A DNA stretch of 64,000 nt from the human T2T-CHM13v2.0 reference genome, Homo sapiens. The notes beneath the pieces were generated by a model. The model was not told where the DNA came from. It saw only the letters and a program-made list of their open reading frames with translations, and did not search any database. The DNA lies in assembly GCF_009914755.1 (NCBI RefSeq), contig NC_060940.1. One strand, 5' to 3'. Every line of letters begins with the position of its first letter. The first letter of the stretch is position 1. A program made the translations under genes and the position numbers. Below, piece by piece: positions 15,001-28,400 of the stretch.

Positions 15001-18000
15001 TGATGATTCCGTTGGAGTCCATACGATGATTCCATTTGATTTCATTTGATGATGATTCCATTCGATGATGATTACATTGGATTCCATTCTATGATTCCAT
15101 TCAATTCCATTCGTTGATGATTCGATTCCATTCAATGATGATTCCATTTGAGTTCATTCGATGATTCTATTCGATTCCGTTCGATGGTGATTCAATTATT
15201 TTATATTGGATGATTCCACTCGATTCCATTTGATGATTATTCCATTGGAGTCCACTTAGTGAATCCTTTAGATTCTACTCGACGATGATTCCATTCGAGT
15301 CCATTCGATGATACCATTCAATTCCATTCGTTGATGCTTCCATTCAAGTGCATTCGATGATATCATTTGATTCCATTTGATGATAATTCCATTTGATTCC
15401 ATGCGATGATTCTATTCGATTCCATTCAATGATAATTCCATTCAATTCAGTGATTCCTCTGGACTCCATTTGATGATGATTCCATTCAATGATTCCATTC
15501 GATTCTATTCGAAAATGATTCCATTTGAATCCATTTGATGATGATTCCATTAGATTCCATTTGATGATTCCATTCGATTCCATTCGACGATGATTCCATT
15601 CGATTCCGTTTGATGATTCCATTCTATTCTATTCGATGATGATTCCATTCGATTCCATTCGATGATGATTGGATTCGATTCCATTTGATGATTTCATTTG
15701 ATTCCATTCGTTAATGATTTCGATCAATTCCATTCGATGATTCCATTCGATTCCATTCGATAATGATTACATCCGAGTCCATTCGATGATTCCCTTTGAG
15801 CCTGTTCGATAATTCCATTTGAGTCCAACCAATGATTCCATTCATTTCCATTCAATGATTCCATTCGAGTCCATTTGATCATTCCGGTAGGGTCCATTCG
15901 ATGTTGATTCCATTGGAGTGCATTCGATGATTCCATTCGAGTCCATTTTAGGATTTGATTCAAGTCCTTTCGATGATTCCATTCGATTCCACTCGATGAT
16001 GATTTCATTCGAGTCCATTCGACACTTCCAATCGATTCCATTTGATGATTCCATTCGAGTCCAATTGATGATTCCATTCAATTCCATTCGATGATGATTC
16101 CCTACGATTCCATTCTGTGATGATTCCATGTGATTGCATTCAATGATGATTCCTTTCGATTGCATTCGATTATGATTCATTTCGTGTTCATTCTATGGTT
16201 CCACAGGTTTCCATTCGTGTCCATTCCATTATTCCATTCTATTCCATTTGATGATGATTCCATTCGATTCCATTCATTGGTGATTCCACTCAATTCCATT
16301 CAATGATTCCATTCCATTTCTTTCAACAATGATTCCATTAGTTTCTAATCGATGATCCACTTGATTCCATTTGACGACGATTCCATTCTTGTCCATTCGA
16401 TGATTCCATTTGATTCCATATGATGATGATTCCATTCGATTCCATACCATGATGATTCCATTCGAGTCCATTCAATGGTGATTCCATTCAATTCCATTCG
16501 ATGATTCCTTTTGATTCCATTCGATGATGATGGCATTCGATTCCTTTCAATCATTCCCTTTGATTCCATTCAAAGGTGATTTCATTCAAGTCCATTCGAT
16601 AATTGCATTCGATTCCATTCTATGATGATTCCATTCGAGTCCATTTGATGATTCCATTCAATTCAAGTCAATGATGATTCCATTCGATTCCATTCGATGA
16701 TTCCATTGGATTCCATTCGATGATGATTCCATTCAAATCCATTCGATAATTCAATTCAAGTCCATTCGATGATGATTCCAATCGAATCCATTCAAAGATT
16801 CCATTCAGTTCCATTCGATGATTCCCTTAGATTCCATTCGATGATTCCACTTGATTGCATTTACGATGATTCCATTCGATTCCATGTGATGATTCCATTC
16901 AATTCTATTCAATGATGTCTCCATTTGATTCCATTCGACCATGATTGCCTTTGATTCCATTCAATGATTCCATTCGGTTCCGTTTGATGATGATTCCGTT
17001 CGATTCCATTTGATGATTCCATTTGATTCCATTGGATGAGTCCATTCGATTACATTCGATGATTATTCCATTCGAGTGCATTAGATGATTCCATTCGAGT
17101 CCATTCGATGATTCCATTCGATTCCATTCGATGTTGATTCTGTTCAAATCCATTCGATGATTCCACTCGATTCCATTCGTTGACTCCATTTGATCCCATT
17201 CGATGATTTCCTTTGATTCCCTTTGATGATCATTCCGTTTGATTCAATTCGGTGATTTCATTTGATTCCATTCAGTGATGTTTCCATTCGACTCCATTCG
17301 ATGATGATTCCATTCGACTCCATTCGATTATGATTTCATTCAATTCCATTCGATAATGATTCCCTTCGAGTCCATTCGATGATTCCATTCGATTCCATTC
17401 AACGATGATTTGATTCGTGTCCATTCGATGATTCCATTTGATTCCACTTGATGATGATTCCATTTGAGTCCATTTGATGATTCCATTCAATTCCATACTC
17501 CGATGATTTCTTTTGAGCCCACTCAATGCTTCCACTCGATTCCATATGATGATGACTCCATTCGATGAAATTCGATGATGATTCCATTCGCTTGCTTTCG
17601 ATGATGATTCCACTTGAGTCCGTTAGAAGATTCTATTCAATTACATTCCATGACGATTCCGTTCGAGTCCATTTGATGATTCCATTAGACTCCATTCGAC
17701 GATGATTCCATTCGATGTTATTCGATGATTCCATTTGATCTCATTCGATGATGATTCCATTCAACTCCATTCGATGTTTCCATTCGAGTTCATTCTATTA
17801 TTCCATTAGATTCCATTCGATGATGATTCCATTCGATTCCATTTGATGATTGCATTCTATTTCATTTGATGATGATTCCATTCGAGTCCACTCGATGATT
17901 CCATTCGAGTCCATTTAATGAATCCATTGGTTTCAATTCTATGATGATTACATTGGATTCCATTCGTTGATGATTTCATTCGGTTCCATTCAATGATGAT

Positions 18001-21000
18001 TCCATTCAATTCCTTTCAATGTTTCCATTCAATTCCATACGATGATGATTCCATTTGATTTGATTCGACAGTGAGCCATTCGATTCAATTCCATGATGAT
18101 TCTATTTGATTCAATTGGTTGACATTTCCATTCGATTCCATTCGATGATGATTCCCTTTGATTCCGTTCAAAGATGATTCCATTCTAGCCCATTCAATCA
18201 TTCCATTCGATTCTATTCAATGATGATTCCATTCATGTCGATTTGGTGATTCCATTTGACTTCATTTGATGATGATTCCTTTCAAGTTCATTAGATGATT
18301 CCATTCGATTCCATTTGATGATGATCCCATTCGAGTCCATTCAGTGATTCCATTCGTTTCCATTCCATGATGATTCCATTCCTTTCCATTCAATGATTCC
18401 ATTCGATTCCGTTTGATGATGATTTCATTCGAGTCCATTTGATGATTCCATTTGATTCCATTCGATGATGATTCCATTCGAGTCCATTCGATGATTCTAT
18501 TCGAATCCATTTGATGATTTCTTTTGATTATATTTGGTGATGATTCCATTGGAGTCCATTCAATGATTCCATTCTATTCCAATCGATGATGATTCCATTA
18601 GAGTCCATTTAATGATTCCATTTGATTCCAGTCTCTGATGATTACATTCGAGTCCATACGATGATTCCACTCAATTCCATAAGATGATGATTCCATTTGA
18701 TTCCATTCGGTGATTCCGTTCTATTCTATTCAATGGTGATTCCATTCGAGTACATTAGATGATTCCATTCGATTCCATTCAATGATGATTCTATGTGTGT
18801 CCCTTAGATGATTCCAAATGATTCCATTACATGATGATACTATTTGAGCCCATCCAATGATTCCCTTCGATTCCATTCGATGAGGATTCCATTCGATTCA
18901 ATTCATTGGTGATTCTATTCAATTCAATTCTTTGATTCCATTCCATTCCATTCGACAATGATTCCATTCGATTTCTTTCGATGATTCCACTCGATTCCAC
19001 TTGACATTGATTCCATTCGATTCCATTCAATGATTCCATTTGATTCCAGTGGATGATGATTGCCATTGATTCCATTCGATCACTCCATTCTATTCCATTT
19101 GATGATGATTACATTCGATTCCATTTGATGATTCCATCTGATTCTATTCGAGGATTCCATTTGATTCCATTCGATGATGATTCCATTCGAGTCCATTCGA
19201 TGATTTCATTCCAGTACATCCAATGATTCCATTCGAGTCCATTAGATGATTCCATTTGATTCCATTTGAAAATGATTCTACTAGAGTCCATTCAATGACT
19301 CCATTCGAGTCCATTCAACAATTCCATTCGACTCCATTCGATGATTCCATTCGATTCCATTTGATGGTTCCATTCGAGTCCATTTAATCATTACAGTCGA
19401 GTCCATTTGTTGATTCCACTGGATTTCTTTTGATAATGATACCATTCAATTACATTTGATGATGATCCCATTCAACTTCATTTGATGATGATTCCATTAG
19501 AGTCCATTCGATGATTTCATTCGAGTCCCTTCATTGATTCCATCCGATTTCATTGGATGATGACTCCATTCGAGTCCATTCGATGATTCCACTCGATTCC
19601 ATTAGATGACTCCATTGGAGTCCATTTGATTGTTCCATTCGATTCCATTCGATTCCTTTCGAAGATTATTCCATTTGAGTCCATTCGATGATGATTCCAT
19701 TCCATTCCATTCGATGATTCCGTTTGATTCCATTCGATGATTCCCTTCGATTCCTTTCTTTGATGATTCCATTCCATTCCATTCAATGATTCCATTCGAA
19801 TCTATTCCATGATGATTCCTTTCGATTCCATTCGTTGATGTTTCCGTTCAATTCCATTCGATGATGATTCCATTCGATTCCATTCATTGAGGATTCCATT
19901 TGATTCCATTCAATGATGATTCCATTCTATTCCATTCAATGATTGCATTCAATTCCATTCAGTGATTATCCCATTAGAGTAAACTCAACGATTCCATTCA
20001 ATACCATTCGATGATGATTCCTTTTGAGTCCATTCAATGATTTCATTCAAGTCCATTTGATGATTCCATTCAATTCCATTCTATGATGATTCCATTCGAG
20101 TCCATTCGATGATTCCATTCGATTGCATTCGATGATTCCATTATATTCCATTCAACGGTGATTCCATTCGAGTCCATTCCATGATTCCATTAGAGTACAT
20201 TTAATGATTGCTTTGTTTTCAATTCGAAGATGATTACATTGGATTCCATTCTATGATACCATTCGATTCCATTCAATGATGATTCCACTCAAATCCATTG
20301 GATGATTCCATTCGTGTCCATTCGGTGATTTCATTAGATTCCATTCGAGGATGATTCCATTCGATTCCATTCGATGATTCCATTCAATTCCATTCGATGA
20401 TGATTCCATTCCAGTCCATATGATCATTCCATTTGATTTCATTCGATGATGATTCCATTCGATTCCATTCGATGATTCCATTCTATTCCATTCGATGATG
20501 ATTCAATTCGAGTCCATTCGATGATTCCATTCGAGTCCATTTAATGATTCCATTGGGTTCAATTCAATGATGATTACATTGGATTCCGTTCTCTGATTCC
20601 ATTCAATTCCGTTCATTGACAATTTGATTCCATTCGATGATGATTCCATTTGAGTTCATTCGATGATTCTATTCGATTCTCTTCGATGGTGATTCAATTC
20701 TATTATATTGGATGATTCCATTCGATTCCATTTGATGTTGATTCAATTCGATTCTATTCGATGATGATTCCATTGGATTTCACTTGATGATTCTATTCGA
20801 TTCCATTCAATGATGATTCACTTCTCGTCCATTGGATGATTCCATTTCATTCCATTCGATGATGATTCCATTCGATTCCATTCGATGATTCCATTTGATT
20901 CCATGCGACGGTGAGCAATTCGATTCAATTCCATGATGATTCTATTTGATTCAATTAGATGATGTTTCCATTCGAATCCATTCCATGATTATTCCATTGG

Positions 21001-21320
21001 AATCCATTTGGCGATGATTCCGTATGAGTCAATTCAATGATGATTCCATATGGGTCCGTTCGATGATAATTCCATTTGATTTCATTGGATGCTTCTATTC
21101 TATTCCAGTCGATGATGATTCCGTTGGAGTCCATACGATGATTACATTTGATTTCATTTGATGATGATTCCATTCGATGATGATTACATTGGATTCCATT
21201 CTATGATTCCATTCAATTCCATTCGTTGATGATTCGATTCCATTCAATGATGATTCCATTTGAGTTCATTCGATGATTCTATTCGATTCCGTTCGATGGT
21301 GATTCAATTCTCTTATATTG
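1..21320 (+). repeat. Homogeneous 6,112-bp tandem units (type A), about 3.5 copies
   Basis: Landmarks recur at exactly +6112: ORF-track coordinates 491/6603/12715/18827 and 3120/9232/15344/21456, with no net length change between copies. Confidence 0.97.
2611..2621 (-). promoter_or_regulatory. DUX4 consensus match TAATTGAATCA (first of 13 occurrences noticed)
   Basis: The + strand reads TGATTCAATTA, whose reverse complement fits TAAYYBAATCA. It also occurs at 8723, 9076, 14835, 15188, 20947, 30917, 40887, 47048, 56381, 58636, 60891 and 63146. DUX4 is known to bind and activate HSATII, but occupancy of these sites is not shown. Confidence 0.5.
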
Positions 21321-24300
21321 GATGATTCCACTCGATTCCATTTGATGATTATTCCATTGGAGTCCACTTAGTGAATCCTTTAGATTCTACTCGAAGATGA
21401 TTCCATTCGAGTCCATTCGATGATACCATTCAATTCCATTCGTTGATGCTTCCATTCAAGTGCATTCGATGATATCATTCGATTCCATTTGATGATAATT
21501 CCATTTGATTCCATGCGATGATTCTATTCGATTCCATTCAATGATAATTCCATTCAATTCAGTGATTCCTCTGGACTCCATTTGATGATGATTCCATTCA
21601 ATGATTCCATTCGATTCTATTCGAAAATGATTCCATTTGAATCCATTTGATGACGATTCCATTCGATTCCATTCGACGATGATTCCATTCGATTCCATTT
21701 GATGATTCCATTCTATTCTATTCGATGATGATTCCATTCGATTCCATTCGACGATGATTGGATTCGATTCCATTTGATGATTTCATTTGATTCCTTTCGT
21801 TAATGATTTCGATCAACTCCATTCGATGATTCCATTTGATTCCATTCGATAATGATTACATCCGAGTCCATTCGATGATTCCATTTGAGCCCGTTCGATA
21901 ATTCCATTTGAGTCCAATCAATGATTCCATTCATTTCCATTCAATGATTCCATTCGAGTCCATTTGATCATTCTGGTAGGGTCCGTTCGATGTTGATTCC
22001 ATTGGAGTGCATTCGATGATTCCATTCGAGTCCATTTTATGATTTGATTCGAGTCCTTTCGATGATTCCATTCGATTCCACTCGATGATGATTTCATTCG
22101 AGTCCATTCGACACTTTCAATCGATTCCATTTGATGATTCCATTCGAGTCCAATTGATGATTCCATTCAATTCCATTCGATGATGATTCCGTACGATTCC
22201 ATTCTGTGATGATTCCATGTGATTGCATTCAATGATGATTCCTTTCGACTGCATTCGATTATGATTCATTTCGTGTTCATTCTATGGTTCCACAGGTTTC
22301 CATTCGATGACGTTTCCGTTCGTGTCCATTCCATTATTCCATTCTATTTCATTTGATGATGATTCCATTCGATTCCATTCATTGGTGATTCCACTCAATT
22401 CCATTCAATGATTCCATTCCATTTCTTTCAACAATGATTCCATTAGTTTCTATTCGATGATCCACTTGATTCCATTTGGCGATGATTCCATTCGTGTCCA
22501 TTTGATGATTCCATTTGATTCCATATGATGATGATTCCATTCGATTCCATACCATGATGATTCCATTCGAGTCCATTCAATGGTGATTCCATTCAATTCC
22601 ATTCGATGATTCCTTCCGATTCCATTCGATGATGATGGCATTCGATTCCTTTCAATCATTCCCTTTGATTCCATTCAAAGGTGATTTCATTCAAGTCCAT
22701 TCGATAATTGCATTCGATTCCATTCTATGATGATTCCATTCGAGTCCATTTGATGATTCCATTCAATTCAAGTCAATGATGATTCCATTCGATTCCATTC
22801 GATGATTCCATTGGATTCCATTCGATGATGATTCCATTCAAATCCATTCGATAATTCAATTCAAGTCCATTCGATGATGATTCCAATCGAATCCATTCAA
22901 AGATTCCATTCAATTCCATTCGATGATGATTCCCTTAGATTCCATTCGATGATTCCACTTGATTCCATTTACGATGATTCCATTCGATTCCATGTGATGA
23001 ATCCATTCAATTCTATTCAATGATGTTTCCATTTGATTCCATTGGACCATGATTGCCTTTGATTCCATTCAATGATTCCATTCGGTTCCATTTGATGATG
23101 ATTCCGTTCTATTCCATTTGATGATTCCATTTGATTCCATTGGATGAGTCCATTCGATTACATTCGATGATTATTCCATTCGAGTGCATTAGATGATTGC
23201 ATTCGAGTCCATTCGATGATTCCATTCGATTCCATTCGATGTTGATTCTGTTCAAATCCATTCGATGATTCCACTCGATTCCATTCGATGACTCCATTTG
23301 ATCCCATTCGATGATTTCCTGTGATTCCCTTTGATGATCATTCTATTTGATTCAATTCGGTGATTTCATTTCATTCCATTCAGTGATGTTTCCATTCGAC
23401 TGTATTCGATGATGATTCCATTCGACTCCATTCGATTATGATTTCATTCAATTCCATTCAATAATGATTCCCTTCGAGTCCATTCGATGATTCCATTCGA
23501 TTCCATTCAACGATGATTTGATTCGTTTCCATTCGATGATTCCATTTGATTCCACTTGATGATGATTCCATTCGAGTCCATTTGATGATTCCATTCGAGT
23601 CTATTTATGTATTATATTCGTGTCCACTTCATGATTCCATTCAATTCCATTTAATGTTGATTCCATTTGATTCCATTTGATGATTCAGTTCGATTCCTTG
23701 CAATGATTCCCTACGATTCCTTTCTATGATGATTCCATTCGATTCCATTCATTGATGATTTCATTCGACTCCATTCGATGATGATTCCTTTCGATTCCAT
23801 TTGACGATGTTTCCATTCGAGTCCATTTGATGATGATTCTATTCAATTCTGTTCTATTATGATTCCATTCGATTTCATTCAATGCTTCTCTTTGATTCCA
23901 TTCGATGATGATTCCATCTCTTTCCCTTCGATGATTCCATTTGATTCCATTCAGTGATGATTCCATTTGATTCCATCTGATGATGATTTCACTTGATTCC
24001 TTTCAATGATGATTCAATTCAAGTCCATTCGATGATTCCATTGGAGTCCAAACGATCATTCCGTTCGATTCCATTCAATGGTGATTCCATTCATGTCCAT
24101 TCGATGAATCCATTCAATTCCATTCGATGATGACTCCATTCGAGTACATTCGATGATTCCATTTGATTCCATTTGAAGATGATTCCATTCAATTCCATTC
24201 GAAGATGATTCCATTCAATTCCATTCGATGATGATTCCGTATGAATCCATTCTCTGATTATTCCATTCGATTCCATTCATTGACGATTCCATTCAATTCC

Positions 24301-25427
24301 ATTCAATGATGATTCTCTTCTATTCCATTCGATGATTCCGGTCGATTCCATTCGATGATGATTCCATTAGATTCCATTCGATTGTTGCATTCGATTCCCT
24401 TCGATGATGATTCCTTTGAATTCCATTCGATTATCATTCCGTATGAATCCATTTGATGATTATTCCATTGGATTCCTTTCGATGATGATTCCATTCGATT
24501 CCATTTGATGATGTTTCTCTTGTATTCCATTGGATAATTCCTTTCAGTTCCCTTCGATGATTATTCTTTCGAGTCAATTCGATGATTCTATTCCATTCCC
24601 TTCGATGATGATTCCATTTCACTCCATTTGATGATTCCATTCGACTCAATTTGGTGATGATTCAATTCGATGACATTCGATGACTCCATTCAATTTCATT
24701 TGATGATGATTACATTCGAGTCCATTTGATGATTGTATTCCTTTCCTTTTGATGATTATTCCATTCGTGTCTATTCAAAGATTCCATTCTATTCCATTCA
24801 ATGATGATTGCATTTGATTCCATTCAATGATTATGGCTATCGATTCCACTCGTTGATTCCATTTGATTCCGTTCGATGATTATTCCGTTAGATTCCATTA
24901 GAAGATTCCATTCGATTTTATTCAATGATTCCAATGGATTCCATTCAATGATGATTCCATTCGACTCCATTCAGTGATTCCATTCGAGTCCTTTTGATGA
25001 TTCCATTCTTTTCCATTTGATGATGATTCCATTAGGGTCCATTCAATGATTCCATTCGAGTCCATTCGTTAATGCCTTTCGAGTCCTTTTGATCACTACA
25101 TTCGAGTCCATTCAATGATTCTATTCGATTCCATTCCATGATGATTCCATTCGAGTTCATTCGATGATTGCATTCGAGTCCATTTGATGATTCCATATGA
25201 TTCCCTTCGACAATGATTCCATTCGTGTCCATTTGATGATTCCATTCATTTCCTATCGATGAAGATTCCATTCAAGTGTATTCGATGATTCCATTCAAAT
25301 CCATTCGATGATGATTCCATTCCAGTCCATTCGATCATTCCACTTGATTCCATTTGATGACTATTCCATTCAAATCCATTTGATGATTCCATTCTATTCC
25401 ATTCGATGTTACCATTCGAGTATATAC
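21321..25427 (+). repeat. Type B unit 1 (4,107 bp): shared 2.3-kb core plus block X
   Basis: Landmark spacing 21456 to 25563 is 4107, which is 4130 minus a 23-bp deletion near 21655. Confidence 0.9.
23597..25427 (+). repeat. Block X copy 1: 1,831-bp HSat2 segment absent from type A units
   Basis: Begins GAGTCTATTTATGTATTATATTCGTG and ends GTTACCATTCGAGTATATAC. I did not see these markers in 1-21320. Confidence 0.9.
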
Positions 25428-28400
25428 GATGATTCCACTCGATTCCATTTGATGATTATTCCATTGGAGTCCACTTAGTGAATCCTTTAGATTCTACTGG
25501 AAGATGATTCCATTCGAGTCCATTCGATGATACCATTCAATTCCATTCGTTGATGCTTCCATTCAAGTGCATTCGATGATATCATTCGATTCCATTTGAT
25601 GATAATTCCATTTGATTCCATGCGATGATTCTATTCGATTCCATTCAATGATAATTCCATTCAATTCAGTGATTCCTCTGGACTCCATTTGATGATGATT
25701 CCATTCAATGATTCCATTCGATTCTATTCGAAAATGATTCCATTTGAATCCATTTGATGATGATTCCATTGGATTCCATTTGATGATTCCATTCGATTCC
25801 ATTCGATGATGATTCCATTCGATTCCTTTTGATGAATCCATTCTATTGTATTCGATGATGATTCCATTCGATTCCATTCGATGATGATTGGATTCGATTC
25901 CATTTGATGATTTCATTTGATTCCATTCGATAATGATTTCGATCAATTCCATTCGATGATTCCATTCGATTCCATTCGATAATGATTACATCCGAGTCCA
26001 TTCGATGATTCCATTTGAGCCCGTTCGATAATTCCATTTGAGTCCAATCAATGATTCCATTCATTTCCATTCAATGATTCCATTCGAGTCCATTTGATCA
26101 TTCCGGTAGGGTCCGTTCGATGTTGATTCCATTGGAGTGCATTCGATGATTCCATTCGAGTCCATTTTAGGATTTGATTCGAGTCCTTTCGATGATTCCA
26201 TTCGATTCCACTCGATGATTTCATTCGAGTCCATTCGACACTTCCAATCGATTCCATTTGATGTTTCCATTCGATTCCAATTGATGATTCCATTCAATTC
26301 CATTCGATGATGATTCCGTACGATTCCATTCTGTGATGATTCCATGTGATTGCATTCAATGATGATTCCTTTCGATTGCATTCGATTATGATTCATTTCG
26401 TGTTCATTCTATGGTTCCACAGGTTTCCATTCGATGATGTTTCCATTCGTGTCCATTCCATTATTCCATTCTATTCCATTTGAAGATGATTCCATTCGAT
26501 TCCATTCATTGGTGATTCCACTCAATTCCATTCAATGATTCCATTCCATTTCTTTCAACAATGATTCCATTAGTTTCTATTCGATGATCCACTTGATTCC
26601 ATTTGACGATGATTCCATTCGTGTCCATTCGATGATTCCATTTGATTCCATATGATGATGATTCCATTCGATTCCATACGATGATGATTCCATTCGAGTC
26701 CATTCAATGGTGATTCCATTCAATTCCATTCGATGATTCCTTTCGATTCCATTCAATGATGATGGCATTCGATTCCTTTCGATCATTCCCTTTGATTCCA
26801 TTCAAAGGTGATTTCATTCAAGTCCATTCGATAATTGCATTCGATTCCATTCTATGATGATTCCATTCGAGTCCATTTGATGATTCCATTCAATTCAAGT
26901 CAATGATGATTCCATTCGATTCCACTCGATGATTCCATTGGATTCCATTCGATGATGATTCCATTAAAATCCATTCGATAATTCAATTCAAGTCCATTCG
27001 ATGATGATTCCAATCGAATCCATTCAAAGATTCCAGTCAATTCCATTCGATGATGATTCCCTTAGATTCCATTCGATGATTCCACTTGATTCCATTTACG
27101 ATGATTCCATTCGATTCCATGTGATGAATCCATTCAATTCTATTCAATGATGTTTCCACTTGATTCCATTCGAACATGATTGCCTTTGATTCCATTCAAT
27201 GATTCCATACGGTTCCATTTGATGATGATTCCATTCGAGTGCATTAGATGATTCCATTCGAGTCCATTCGATGATTCCATTCGATTCCATTCGATGTTGA
27301 TTCTGTTCAAATCCATTTGATGATTCCACTCGATTCCATTCGATGACTCCAGTTGATCCCATTCGATGATTTCCTTTGATTCCCTTTGATGATCATTCCA
27401 TTTGATTCAATTCGGTGATTTCATTTGATTCCATTCAGTGATGTTTCCATTCAACTCCTTTCGATGATGATTCCATTCGACTCCATTCGATTATGATTTC
27501 ATTCAATTCCATTCGATAATGATTCCATTCAAGTCCATTCGATGATTCCATTCGATTCCATTCAACGATGATTTGATTTGTGTCCATTCGATGATTCCAT
27601 TCGATTCCATTTGATGATGATTCCATTCGAGTCCCTTTGATGATTCCATTCAATTCCATTCTCCGATGATTTCTTTTGAGCCCATTCAATGCTTCCACTC
27701 GATTCCATATGATGATGACTCCATTTGATGAAATTCCATGATGATTCCATTTGCTTGCATTCGATGATGATTCCACTTGAGTCCGTTAGAAGATTCTATT
27801 CAATTACATTCCATGACGATTCTGTTCGAGTCCATTTGATGATTCCATTAGACTCCATTCGACGATGATTCCATTCGATGTTATTCGATGATGATTCCAT
27901 CCAACTCCATTCGATGTTTCCATTCGAGTTCATTCTATTATTCCATTAGATTCCATTCGATGATGATTCCATTCGATTCCATTTGATGATTGCATTCTAT
28001 TTCATTTGATGATGATTCCATTCGAGTCCATTCGATGATTCCATTCGAGTCCATTTAATGAATCCATTGGTTTCAATTCTATGATGATTACATTGGATTC
28101 CATTCGTTGATGATTTCATTCGATTCCATTCAATGATGATTCCATTCAATTCCATTCAATGATTCCACTCAATTCCATACGATGATGATTCCATTTGATT
28201 TGATTCGACAGTGAGCCATTCGATTCAATTCCATGATGACTCTATTTGATTCAATTGGTTGACATTTCCATTCGATTCCATTCGATGATGATTCCATTTG
28301 ATTCCATTCAAAGATGATTCCATTCTAGCCCATTCAATCATTCCATTCGATTCTATTCAATGATGATTCCATTCATGTCGATTTGGTGATTCCATTTGAC

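Noticed and set aside
23597-25427. Block X as a transposable element or LTR-like insertion
   Set aside because: X is itself HSat2 sequence, with no terminal inverted repeats, poly(A) tail, short target-site duplication or coding capacity. The 2.3-kb flanks are satellite core copies.
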